NCBI GenBank assembly: GCA_965197475.1
Contig: CBDANF010000003.1
Location: 2,304,001 to 2,368,000 of the forward strand
Length of the DNA stretch: 64,000 nt
Source of the DNA: Candidatus Poribacteria bacterium
GTDB taxonomy: Bacteria; Poribacteria; WGA-4E; WGA-3G
Direction: 5' to 3'
The notes below the pieces were generated by a model, which worked only from the letters and a program-made list of their open reading frames with translations, made no database searches and was not told where the DNA came from. The position numbers and the translations under genes were made by a program. Shown here in pieces: positions 32,715-42,804 of the stretch; positions within the stretch are counted from its first letter, which is position 1; the number at the start of each line of letters is the position of its first letter.

Positions 32715-35476
32715 TCATTTTTCGGATTCCAACTCTTTTACCTTCGCAAAGTCCTTTTCGGCCTCATCAGACTGTCCGAGTGCTTTCTTTGCGTTTCCAC
32801 GGTTTGTGTAAGCAAGGACATGCTTTGGGTTAATCTTTATTGCTTTCGTGTAATCGTCTATAGCCGCTTGATAAAGTTGTTTTGCTTCTTCTACATTCCC
32901 TTGATTTGCTTTCGATTTTCCGATTAGATACTTCACCCATCCCCGATTATTGTATGCCATGGCATATTTAGGGAACAGTTGTATGGCTTGCGTATAGTCT
33001 TGAATCGCCGCTTCATAGAAGTTAAGGGCTATTGCTTCGTCCCTTTGATCCATGCTAAATTCATCAAGGGCTGCCCTCGTTAACCCGCGATGGAAATACG
33101 GGAAGGCATACTTAGAGTCAACCTTAATTGAGTGCGTATAGTCGTCAATTGCTGCTTGATAGAGATGTTGAGCTTCTGCCACATCACCTTGGCCTGCTTT
33201 AGATTTGCCAAATTCGTGCTGTGTCCACCCTCGATTATTGTAGGCGAGTGCAAACTCAGGATTAATCTTGATAGTAAGTGTGTAGTCGTCTATAGCTGCT
33301 TGATATAGGTGCTGTGCTTCTGCTACATTACCTTGATATGCTTTTGATTTACCAAGACCATACTTTGCCCGTCCACGCCAGAAGTATGCCCGAATATGTT
33401 TAGGGTTTTGTAGGATTGCGTTATCAAAGCTAATTATCGCCTTGGCATAGTCTCCAGCATTGAATCTACCTTCTCCCTCATGGTGGTAAGCGTAAGCGCG
33501 GATATGGTCGCGCTGATGCCACTGTTCCAAAGGTTCCGATGGTCCAGATTGAGCGAGCAGTGCCTTAAGTCTGTTTGATGGAACAGCGAAATTGTAATAG
33601 TCTGATCGGGTGGTTATCCCGATAACTTCTCCTTTATCATTTAACACAGGCCCCCACTGCTACCTTTGGAACAATTGGTTGTCGTCCCGAGCAATTTGTC
33701 ACTATTCCGGATGCCGTGCACATTTCCGGCAGTAACCTTGTATTTTCTACCGGGATATCCCACGGCAACAACAGTATCTCTCTTTTGAACTAAATCGCTG
33801 TCTCCAATGGGTAGCGGCGTGCCTTCACCATCAATCTGTAAGACAACGAGATCGTTTTCTACATCAAACGCTGTTACACCAACAACTTCCCAAATCATAT
33901 CTTTGTCATTGAGTTTTACGAAAATTGGTCCAGGTCTGGCTACGACGTGAATATTCGTCACAATCTTGTTCTTATCCACGAAGAACCCGCTACCATAGGG
34001 AAATCCACTCAAAGGTCCAGTCCAGCACATAACACGTACTGTAGACTCTCTACCTTTTTCGGAATCCAACCCCGATTTCTGTGCATTTGCATCCGCTAAT
34101 TTAAAATAGTCCGCGATACCCGATTGATACAAGCTGCGTGCTTTCTCCAGATTCCCTTGAGCGAATACTATGTCACCAAGAGCAGCCTTTGCCCATCCGA
34201 GATTATAGTAAGCATGAGAATGCTCAAGATCAATCGAAATCGCTTGCGTGTAGTCATTTATCGCTTCTTGATAGAAGTTCTGTGGTTCTGTTACATTACC
34301 TTGACCTGCTTTAGATTTACCAAGCGTATACTTCGTCCACCCTCGATTGATGTAGGCATCAGCGTACTCAGGATCAATCTTGATCGCCTGCGTTAAGTCG
34401 TCAATCGCTATTTTATAGAGTTGTTGTGCATTTGTTACCTTACCCGTATTCGCTTTAGATTTACCAAATTCATAATTCGCCAATCCGCGGTTGTTATAGG
34501 CGACAGCATATTCAGAGTTTAGTTTTATTGCGCGTGTATAATCATCTATCGCACCAGCATAGTTTTCAAGTAAAAACTTCGCATCACCACGATTATAATA
34601 TGCTCTGGAATGTTCGGAATTTAGTTTTATAGCATGCGTATAGTCATCAATCGCCCCTTTATAATCATCAAGTTTATATTTAGTTCTTCCGCGTTTGTAG
34701 TAGGCACGAATATGTTCAGGATTTATCTCAATGGCTTTATCAAATTCAACTATAGCATTCTTATAGTCCTTGGCAAAGTATTTTGTTTGCCCTCGACTGT
34801 GGTGCACCTCAGCACGTATATGTTTTCGTTTTTGCCACTCAGGCAAAGGTTCAAGTGACATCGTTTTAGCACGCAATGCCTTAAGCGCGTTTGAGGGTAT
34901 AACGTAGTTGTGAGAAACATCACCATATCCTATAGTAATCCCAATAACATGGCCTTTATTGTTTAGCACAGGACCACCGCTACTCTGTTCAGAAGTAGCG
35001 ACTTCCATCCAGAACCATTGATCGCTTTTCAGGATACTGTCTATAGTCCCAGTCGCGGCTTTGTATTTACCATCAGGATATCCTATAACAGAAACAGACT
35101 CACCGCTTTGGACCGCATCACTGTCACCGAGAGGCAGTGGTGTGCCTTCACCAGAAAGTTTTAAGATAACAAGATTGTTTCTCGCATCAAACGCAGTCAC
35201 GCCTTCAACTGCCAAGATTGTATCTTTGTCGCTAAGTTTGGCGAAAACAGGACCGGGTTGTGCGACAACATGGATATTCGTCGCAATCTTGTTCTTGTCC
35301 ACAAAAAAACCGCTACCAAGCGTAATTGATTTTCCAGTTTGACTTACTAAGCGGACTGTGGAATCTTTTGTCAGTGCTAAGGTTTTTTCAGCAACCTGCT
35401 GGGGTGCTTGGGCACATGATAGAAGAAACCCCAAGGTTACCAATAAACTCAAGAAAGTTATGATACGATATTTCAT
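32715..35476 (-). CDS. Lipoprotein with two trypsin-like domains and two TPR arrays (frameshift at about 33650)
   Basis: LLSC lipobox, two GSGFFV..TNIHVV..SSGGP units and multiple TPRs. Adding one base at 33649-33655 restores GSSGGPVLNDKG and joins the two ORFs. Confidence 0.85.
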
Positions 35477-35512
35477 AAGATGTCAAATTCCGTAATTTTT
35501 TGTTCGTTACGC

Positions 35513-35932
35513 TCATTCAAGTTCTGGTGGGTGTTCCCCAGCACCAATCAAGAGTTGTTGCAAATTTATCAATTCTTGCCTATTCAATTTCAATGCTTCA
35601 ACTGTCGCACGTCCTATAGGCGTTTGTCCAACAATGTCCATAAGATCTTCACTCCATTGAAAATGCTGATTCCACTTTTGACGGCGTGGGTGAAACAGCG
35701 GAGTTTGATGCTTTGTCTGTGGGTCTAATGCGTGTGTTTTTGTATGTTTTTGGTGATTACAGGAAGGACACGCCCAGGCCAGGTTGTCTAAGGTCGTTGC
35801 ACCGCCAGCACTGCGAGGCAGAATATGTTTGCAGTGAAAAGGTGCGCTTGTCAATTCAGCTGGACAAAGGCAGTACTCACAAAGCCCATTGGCTCTGTGG
35901 CGGATTAGCGACCTTAACCGGTCAGAGATCAT
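35513..35932 (-). CDS. HNH endonuclease
   Basis: CEYC, HILP..GG..NLAWAC..CN and LFHPR..W..HF. Confidence 0.88.
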   Translation of the reverse strand: MISDRLRSLIRHRANGLCEYCLCPAELTSAPFHCKHILPRSAGGATTLDNLAWACPSCNHQKHTKTHALDPQTKHQTPLFHPRRQKWNQHFQWSEDLMDIVGQTPIGRATVEALKLNRQELINLQQLLIGAGEHPPELE

Positions 35933-36219
35933 TTTCAGTTCCTTTTAACCCCAGTTGTATCATGACTCCACGCAAAGTTGTGCCGCGTTTTTTGGCTAAA
36001 GCGATAAGTGCACGGACCCGTTCCACGTTTCGTGCTTCCCATTCTTGAATGAGCGATTCGTATTCTTCTGACTCTGCATCCGTCAGCATCTCGTCCTCAC
36101 GTTTGCTACGCAGCTGCCAGTAGCGATCATGTTTTTTCTGGCAGACGCGAGTACTCTTCAATCATCGCCAACAATATCGATTCTGCTGTCATGTCTGATA
36201 TTTTTTCTTCTGTTGACAT
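35922..36219 (-). pseudogene. Small partner of the HNH gene (antitoxin-like), frameshifted in an A6 run
   Basis: ATG 36219 gives MSTEEKISD..RLPEK. The downstream frame reads HDRY.QLR.K..LT..E..E..RVRAL..LA..RG. Break at about 36132-36137. Confidence 0.6.
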
Positions 36220-36319
36220 TGTTCATACCTCTAAATTTCTGTGAATATATTTCCACAAGGAAAATTGTCCGTTAGAATATAGCTTGATGTTCACTATCCG
36301 TCAAAATTTGCTTTTTCAG

Positions 36320-36347
36320 TTGACACACTGATAAAATATGATACAAT
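36320..36347 (+). promoter_or_regulatory. Sigma70-type promoter
   Basis: TTGACA-16 nt-TACAAT with an extended TG. Confidence 0.5.
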
Positions 36348-36396
36348 ATCATTAAGAGATATGATACCACATTTTTAAATTGAAAGGAAACGAATT

Positions 36397-37680
36397 ATGG
36401 ATTTAACACGTCAACCACCACGTCGCCCTTCAAACCTGGGTGTTGCAGGGATTGTCGGCGCGGCACGCATGACAGACAAGGCACGAGCGCATAACAATGA
36501 GACTCTCGGAGATTTTGTCTACGGAAAATATTCAGGTTTAGATCGCCGTATTTTAGAATTTTTGGGAATTACTGCAGACGCATTTGCCGAAGCAGCTGAC
36601 GAGTACGATGATGCTGCGCTCAGTGCTTGGATGCTTGAAAAAGGGAAAAAGAGTGCAGAAGAGATTGCAGCATTCAACCAATCGGAATTGGAGCGGCTAC
36701 CGACAGATAAAAAACATCAGCAGCTTCTGAAAGATCGGCTTGCCAAGTTTGCTCCTGATCGTACCGATATTAAGACTGTGCTGCAGTCCATTGAACTTGA
36801 CGATTGGGGATGTTTTTGGCAGGTTGATCTAACTGCACGGCCACCGCGTAGTGCGCGAGCAAGGGACGTTGCTGGCATCTGCGGCATCGCACGCATGGCG
36901 GATAAAGCACGCGCGGAACGCGCAGGAAAAATCGGTGACTATAAATACGGCAATATTTCTGGGCAAGATGTACGAATTTTGACGTTCCTCGGAGTTTCAG
37001 CCGATGATTTTCAGGAAGCAGCGGTTAACAATCCAAATGATATTGAGATAAGTGAATGGGTGCTGGATAACTGCGATAAAGCACAAGAAGAGATTGATAC
37101 GTTCAATCGCGCTATGGTAAATCGCGGTCCCGATGAAACATCACGTGAACGGTTTGAAGCGCGCCGCCAAGAAGTTGATCCGACTCGCACTGACATTACA
37201 ACATGGGTTGCACTCCAAGACCTTGATGATGAGTTGAGTTTCGGTATCGTTGACCTGCAACGCCGCGCACCGCGCAGTCCTTACAATACCGATGTATATG
37301 GAATGGTTCATCTTGCTCGGTTGATTGACAAAGGCAGAGCGTTTAACGGCAACTCGTTGGGAGAATATTTCTATGCAGAGGATTCGGGAATGGACAGGAT
37401 GGCACTTGCCTTTCTCGGTATATCTGCAACAGAATTCACTGAAACGTTGAAGTCGTTGTCAACTGATGCAGAGGCCGAGGCATGGTTGAAGGAGAACTAT
37501 TCAAAAAGTGAAGCGGACATCAAGGCATTCAATGAAAAGATGACGCAAATGGGTCCCGAGACCGAACGGCATAAAGCGATGATGGCAAGAATGCTCAAAA
37601 AGATCGCGCCAGACCGTACGGATATCAATACTTGGTTCGCGATGATGGATCTTGATGATGAGAAGACGTTTGCGTTGTAG
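36397..37680 (+). CDS. Triple DUF5069-domain protein
   Basis: Three ~140-aa repeats of DL..PR..G..AR..DK.RA..G.Y..D..L.FLG..DRTDI.T..D.DD. Confidence 0.8.
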   Translation: MDLTRQPPRRPSNLGVAGIVGAARMTDKARAHNNETLGDFVYGKYSGLDRRILEFLGITADAFAEAADEYDDAALSAWMLEKGKKSAEEIAAFNQSELERLPTDKKHQQLLKDRLAKFAPDRTDIKTVLQSIELDDWGCFWQVDLTARPPRSARARDVAGICGIARMADKARAERAGKIGDYKYGNISGQDVRILTFLGVSADDFQEAAVNNPNDIEISEWVLDNCDKAQEEIDTFNRAMVNRGPDETSRERFEARRQEVDPTRTDITTWVALQDLDDELSFGIVDLQRRAPRSPYNTDVYGMVHLARLIDKGRAFNGNSLGEYFYAEDSGMDRMALAFLGISATEFTETLKSLSTDAEAEAWLKENYSKSEADIKAFNEKMTQMGPETERHKAMMARMLKKIAPDRTDINTWFAMMDLDDEKTFAL

Positions 37681-37712
37681 TAGATTTTTCGGATAGCTAA
37701 GGGAGACAAACC

Positions 37713-37913
37713 ATGACTTGCGATGTGTGTGGAAAAGAAGGGGCGCGTCAACGTTATCTTACTCGCAGTTACAGAAAAGGTGAATCGCTCTTGGTTATTG
37801 AAGATGTGCCTGTAATCTGTTGTACTCATTGCGGTGAGAGATATATGACTGTGCAGACATTGGATCAAATTGAACGCATTAAACGTTCCCCGGAGAATCT
37901 CGCGACAAAATGA
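37713..37913 (+). CDS. YgiT/MqsA-type zinc-finger protein (possibly with a premature stop)
   Basis: MTCDVCG..VIEDVPVICCTHCGE, with a GGAG RBS. Confidence 0.8.
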   Translation: MTCDVCGKEGARQRYLTRSYRKGESLLVIEDVPVICCTHCGERYMTVQTLDQIERIKRSPENLATK

Positions 37914-38281
37914 TTCGTACCAGTTGCAGTTTTCAAATAATACGCAACTTTCCTGGAATAGAAAACGATGAAAAATCTTGAAGCGATTGCAGATATTCAG
38001 TTAGGCAAAAGGACAGATGCAAATGCCGCATGGTCGGGATTTGATCCAGATTTTGCCTGACCTAAACTACCGTATGCCCGACTACGTGTTAGAAGGTACT
38101 GATGAACGTCTGCTGCGTGTTCTCGGTAAACACCCTGAAATGGCGTATAGATAAAGAATAGATTAGTGTTGTTTCATCATTTTATATTTGACAATTGCAA
38201 TGGCGTACGGTCAAGAAGGTTTCCATTTACCTCTATAATATCATTAGCTAAAATAAACCCTCGTAGATTTATGGAGAAACA

Positions 38282-38677
38282 ATGTATTTATATCACGGAA
38301 GCAAGGAGTCCTTTCCCAAATTGAAAAAACGTAAGGCTCACGCGCCACCAGGGAGACCTTCCGAAGAAGCTCTGGAAGCAATCTATCTCACACCTGACTT
38401 TCTCTTTGCATTGGCTTGTGCGGCAAGATCTCCCGGAATCTCTAATATAGATATCACAAACCGAACCATTTGCTTTGAAAATCCCGATCAGTTTGAGCCA
38501 GATGAGACTATTTATATCTATTTTGTAGATCCAATGAAGATCTCAGAGGACAAGAAAATCGAAATTGATCAGTGGCAGATTGCTGTAATCGAAGATGAGA
38601 TTACACCTGATAAGATTGAAACTTATAAGTCTGGTGACCTGTTGAAACACTACCGCCTTATAGATAAATGGGATTAA
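38282..38677 (+). CDS. Hypothetical protein, possible H-Y-type ADP-ribosyltransferase fold
   Basis: GGAG RBS, N-terminal LYHGS and IYLT..A motif. Confidence 0.55.
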   Translation: MYLYHGSKESFPKLKKRKAHAPPGRPSEEALEAIYLTPDFLFALACAARSPGISNIDITNRTICFENPDQFEPDETIYIYFVDPMKISEDKKIEIDQWQIAVIEDEITPDKIETYKSGDLLKHYRLIDKWD

Positions 38678-38707
38678 CTTGGTGGAGTGTCAACATTTAT
38701 ATTGTAG

Positions 38708-38805
38708 GTCGCGATTCGGAGATCGCTCCTACAGAAATCTTGTGTAATGTGAATCAACGCTAATGCGCTTTTTGGCATTTGGCGGGAGGGAACTCCGATT
38801 CCCGA
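38708..38805. repeat. REP-like pair
   Basis: GTCGCGATTCGGAGATCGCTCCTAC (38708-38732) and GGAGGGAACTCCGATTCCCGA (38785-38805). Both recur at 42119-42177. Confidence 0.75.
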
Positions 38806-38870
38806 TTATTGTAATGGCTCCACAATTTGAGAGTGGATAAAGCACCAACAGAAACAAAAGGAAAATTCAG

Positions 38871-39506
38871 ATGTTAAGATTATTTACACCTGTCGCAATT
38901 GTCTGTGACCATACGATGACTGAACAAGCGTCTGCCCTTCGTGGAATGCTCGAAAGTTTTAGGCTGCGTGTTGATTTCTATCGCTTTGTCCAGAAACCAC
39001 AAGTGTTTGATTTCTTCACACAACCTCGTAACTATGCGTATACGATCATCCTTTGCCACGGCGGAGGCGGCACGCCAGAGGATATGGCCCTCAGACTTGA
39101 CGTTGTAGATCAGGCTTCGGGCGATTACGAAAACGAAGAAGATTGGGACTCGGTCATCGTTGAATTGACACCCGAGAAAATTGCTGAACATGTCCAAAAC
39201 CGAGAGGGCACCCTGATCGCTATATCTTGTGGTGCCGGCAGAGAACCGATAGCGGAGGCATTTCTAAAGTCCGGCTACCGCTCCTACATTGGACCCACTG
39301 AAAGCTATGTTGATACCGTTTCAGGATTGGTTTTTGCTGTCAACTTTTTCTATAATCTCATGACACGGGAGCGTGATTATGGCCGCGATTACGCAACGAC
39401 AACCTATACTGAACAAGAGGCGGTTAAAGAAGCTGCAAAACTTGACCCAGACTTCCGCTACGGACCAAAGTTATTCCGATGTCACACGAAAAAGGAGATT
39501 ACATAA
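38871..39506 (+). CDS. Hypothetical protein, possible caspase/CHAT-like fold
   Basis: IILCHG and IAISCGAG strand-motif pattern. AAAGGA RBS. Confidence 0.55.
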   Translation: MLRLFTPVAIVCDHTMTEQASALRGMLESFRLRVDFYRFVQKPQVFDFFTQPRNYAYTIILCHGGGGTPEDMALRLDVVDQASGDYENEEDWDSVIVELTPEKIAEHVQNREGTLIAISCGAGREPIAEAFLKSGYRSYIGPTESYVDTVSGLVFAVNFFYNLMTRERDYGRDYATTTYTEQEAVKEAAKLDPDFRYGPKLFRCHTKKEIT

Positions 39507-40459
39507 TGTTTTTTGCGACTTACAACGCTATCTATGCAATTGAAGATAACGGAGATGGTGAACCTGTCCAAATCTATGAAGGCACAGACCATCAAGAGCA
39601 CGGCGCAATGGTTTCACTGTCAAACGGTCAAGCTGTGGTGTCTGCCTTGTCGGATGGAACACTACTGGTTTTATCGGAGAGTGATGAGAAGCGAATTCCA
39701 ACAGGTATAGAGGATCCAATCGCTTCGTTACTCGTTATTCGTGAGGATCCGTTGACACTGCTCATCGGTACGGACGAAGGGGCTTATGTCTACTGCCTCG
39801 TTGGAGAAAAAGGACCGGCTGAACGGGTCGTCGCGTTTGACGAATTAGAATGTCGAAAGGATTGGTATACGCCGTGGGGCGGCCCACCAGCTGTGCGGAC
39901 TTTTGCTAAAACTCAAGACGGTTTTTGTTATGCGGATATCCATGTTGGGAGTATCATGCGTTCCCCCGATGAAGGCGTTTCGTGGGAACCTGTAACGCCA
40001 GAACTTCATAAAGATGTCCATCAGGTCGCTACGTGTCCCGCAAACGATCATCAAGTTTATGCGAATACCCAAAACGGTGTCTATGTCAGTACAGACCGAG
40101 GAAACTCGTGGGTAAACCGGATTGAAGGGTTGCCTGTTCGCTACGGCACCGCTATTGCTGTACATCCAACAGACCCAGACCTACTGATCGCCACAGTTCA
40201 AAACGGACCAAGAGGCAGTGGTGCTTGGCTCTGTCGTTCGGAGAATGGCGGCGCGACGTGGACTCAACTCAACGATCAGCTCACAGAATCCACTGATCGG
40301 ATTCGCACGGGTTGTATTGCGTTTACATCCGATGGAACAGCATGGGCAGTTATCGGAAAGACGCTTTACGTCGGTCAGGATCGAGCTACTAATTGGTCCG
40401 CTTTCTGGACAGCACCCGAATACGATGGTGAATACCCCATCCAAACCCTTGCTGCTTAA
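39506..40459 (+). CDS. BNR/Asp-box beta-propeller protein
   Basis: RSPDEGVSW, STDRGNSW and RSENGGATW repeats. TAATG coupling to the upstream gene. Confidence 0.8.
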   Translation: MFFATYNAIYAIEDNGDGEPVQIYEGTDHQEHGAMVSLSNGQAVVSALSDGTLLVLSESDEKRIPTGIEDPIASLLVIREDPLTLLIGTDEGAYVYCLVGEKGPAERVVAFDELECRKDWYTPWGGPPAVRTFAKTQDGFCYADIHVGSIMRSPDEGVSWEPVTPELHKDVHQVATCPANDHQVYANTQNGVYVSTDRGNSWVNRIEGLPVRYGTAIAVHPTDPDLLIATVQNGPRGSGAWLCRSENGGATWTQLNDQLTESTDRIRTGCIAFTSDGTAWAVIGKTLYVGQDRATNWSAFWTAPEYDGEYPIQTLAA

Positions 40460-40667
40460 TATATCGCAATAAGTAGTTTTTGACATAAATATCGTTTTGT
40501 GAAACGATATTTATTAAGGAAATCAACGAACTTGAGAAGCAGTTTGCCATTCCTCGTCATTTTAATTATACCGCACTACATTACGTACTGTACTGCCACC
40601 GGAAATTCGGGCCGCTCTCTAAGACAAGATTATGGTATAATATCCATCTCCTTGAAAGGAGTATCCG

Positions 40668-40958
40668 ATGGCGAAACGAAAACGAAGAAACTTCACCCCC
40701 GAGTTTAAAGCCGAAGTTGTTCTTGAGGCTCTCAGCGTTGAAAGTTCCCAAGCAGAAGTGTGTCGGCGACATAACCTCATCGATGAACAACTTTCAAAGT
40801 GGAAGCGACAGCTTCTTGAAAAAGCGGCGACCCTCTTTGAACCCGCTGATAAACAGTCTGATGCCTCTGCGGAGCGGATCGCCCAACTTGAGCAACTCGT
40901 TGGGCGGTTGACCTTGGCACTTGACATCCAAAAAAAAGCCTCAACTTACTTGAGTTAG
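40668..40958 (+). CDS. IS3 transposase OrfA
   Basis: RRNFTPEFKAEVV HTH. A8G slippery site at 40930-40938. Confidence 0.9.
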   Translation: MAKRKRRNFTPEFKAEVVLEALSVESSQAEVCRRHNLIDEQLSKWKRQLLEKAATLFEPADKQSDASAERIAQLEQLVGRLTLALDIQKKASTYLS

Positions 40959-40963
40959 CCTCG

Positions 40964-41794
40964 ATGGAGCAGCGAGAAATGGTTACGGCATTACGGACAG
41001 ACTTTTCGGTTCGGCAGATATGTGAGACACTCGGTTTCAACCGAAGCAACCTCTATTATCACTCCAAGCAGGCCCCGTGTGAAGCGGGCCTCCAGGATGA
41101 AATAGAGACGTTATCTTTGCTATATCCAACATACGGATATAGGCGTCCCACACAGTTGTTGGTGCGTAGCGGATACACCATCGGGTATAAACGTGTTGCC
41201 CGATTGATGAAGTCCGCCAACCTCTCGGTTTCTGTCAAGCGTGTCTGTCAAACCACGACATCCGTTGCGGGTGTGCGTCCCTGGAGCAATCGCCTTGAAA
41301 ACCTTGATGTCTCCCGATGTAATCAGGTCTGGGTGGGCGATATTACCTACGTCCGCCTCAAAGGACACTTTATCTATGTTTGTCTGCTCATGGATGTCTT
41401 CACTCGCATGATCAGAGGGTGGCATATCAGTCAACACTTGACGCAATCTCTGACGTTGAAACCCTTGGAGACAGCATTATGTCAAAGTGTCCCAGAGATC
41501 CATCATTCTGATCAAGGCGTTCAATATCTTTCAAATGCGTCCATCTCACTGCTTAGGCATCATGGGATTGAGATTTCAGTCGCCCGGAGAGGGTGTCCTT
41601 GGGAGAACGGATATGCTGAAAGACTTATCCGCACGCTCAAGGAAGAAGAAGTTCATCTCAATGACTATGAGGACATCCACGAAGCAAGAACCCGCATTGG
41701 GCATTTTATTACACAAGTGTATAATCACAAACGCCCTCACTCTGCGTTAGAGTATTTGACACCTGTGGAATTTGAGCAAAAAAACTTGTCTTAA
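40964..41794 (+). CDS. IS3 transposase OrfB (rve integrase core), -1 frame relative to OrfA
   Basis: WVGDITY, HHSDQGVQY, ENGYAER and YNHKRPHSAL. Confidence 0.92.
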   Translation: MEQREMVTALRTDFSVRQICETLGFNRSNLYYHSKQAPCEAGLQDEIETLSLLYPTYGYRRPTQLLVRSGYTIGYKRVARLMKSANLSVSVKRVCQTTTSVAGVRPWSNRLENLDVSRCNQVWVGDITYVRLKGHFIYVCLLMDVFTRMIRGWHISQHLTQSLTLKPLETALCQSVPEIHHSDQGVQYLSNASISLLRHHGIEISVARRGCPWENGYAERLIRTLKEEEVHLNDYEDIHEARTRIGHFITQVYNHKRPHSALEYLTPVEFEQKNLS

Positions 41795-42118
41795 CTTTGC
41801 TAAATTTTGGTCTGAATAAACGGTAGCACTTCAGCATGGTTATTGCCAGTGCTATGTATTTCAGCGTCAATACTACTAATGCTGAAAAAGATGTTATAGT
41901 TGTGTAGGGTATTAAAATATGCTATATTGTATTTGATTGGGATATGTGCAGCACATCCTCACGACACGGCATTAAAAATTAACAAATGTGATATGTCAGT
42001 AACTACTCATTGCGTAATATAACGCGTTGTGCTAGTTAACATTTTGTATGTTTATATTTCACATGTTCGTTTTGTTTAGGTTTGAATTCCGCAACTTTTC
42101 CGATACCTAACCTCAAAG

Positions 42119-42177
42119 GTAGGAGGGAACTCCGATTCCCGACTACAAATGGGTCGCGATTCGGAGATCGCTCCTAC
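42119..42177. repeat. REPIN-like inverted doublet of GTAG REPs
   Basis: GTAGGAGGGAACTCCGATTCCCGAC, a 9-nt spacer, then the reverse complement of GTAGGAGCGATCTCCGAATCGCGAC. Confidence 0.78.
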
Positions 42178-42273
42178 AGAATATGAACAGTTGTGAAAAA
42201 TGACAAAACTGTCCCGTAACTAGCACAAGTTGTTAATATATTATTGCAAGAGTGAGCAGAGGAGATTGTAGTT

Positions 42274-42639
42274 TTGAATATATTAGGTATCGACTTTACT
42301 TTCTTTGGGGTGAGCGATATGCAGAAATCACTCGCCTTTTATCGTGATGTCCTTGGCATTTCATTGGCATGTTTAGTGCATGAAGGCACATGGGCAGAAT
42401 TTGAGATAAACCCCGGCACGCTTGTATTAGGACATGGTTATGATTTTACGCCTCCTGGTGGCGGGACAGTCGCGCTTGCGGTTGACGACACCGAGGCTGC
42501 CGTAGAAGAATTGCAACAAACAGGAATCCATATACATTCGGCTCTGGCTGAATCCCCTGTATGTTTTTGGGCGATTGTTGAAGACCCTGATGGTAATCGT
42601 GTTATCATACATCAGCGAAAGGATAAGACAGTCGGTTGA
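42274..42639 (+). CDS. VOC/glyoxalase-family protein
   Basis: VSDMQKSLAFYRDVLG and DPDGN. GAGGAG RBS with a TTG start. Confidence 0.9.
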   Translation: MNILGIDFTFFGVSDMQKSLAFYRDVLGISLACLVHEGTWAEFEINPGTLVLGHGYDFTPPGGGTVALAVDDTEAAVEELQQTGIHIHSALAESPVCFWAIVEDPDGNRVIIHQRKDKTVG

Positions 42640-42804
42640 GACACAAGGTTAGCTAACAATTCTATGTGAATGGTAAAAAACCTATTTAAACGAATGATAA
42701 AATATATTTTACAATTCGCGTAAATTGTGGTATAGTAGTACATAAACTCATAGTTTATAGGAAAATATAATTTACTTTTATTTCAGAAAACAAAGGAATT
42801 TAAC

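Larger units (their letters stand above)
40589..41833 (+). mobile_element. IS3-family insertion sequence
   Basis: TG...CA ends, imperfect 25-bp TIRs (17/25), orfA/orfB arrangement. No TSD seen. Confidence 0.88.

Noticed and set aside
32715-35476. Near-identical TPR DNA repeats as a diversity-generating retroelement
   Set aside because: No reverse transcriptase in the window. The repeats are ordinary in-frame coding duplications.
40930-40938. A8G slippery site as novel recoding
   Set aside because: This is the standard IS3-family -1 programmed frameshift.
38708-42177. Palindromes as integron attC sites
   Set aside because: No RYYYAAC/GTTRRRY boxes, too short, and no integrase.
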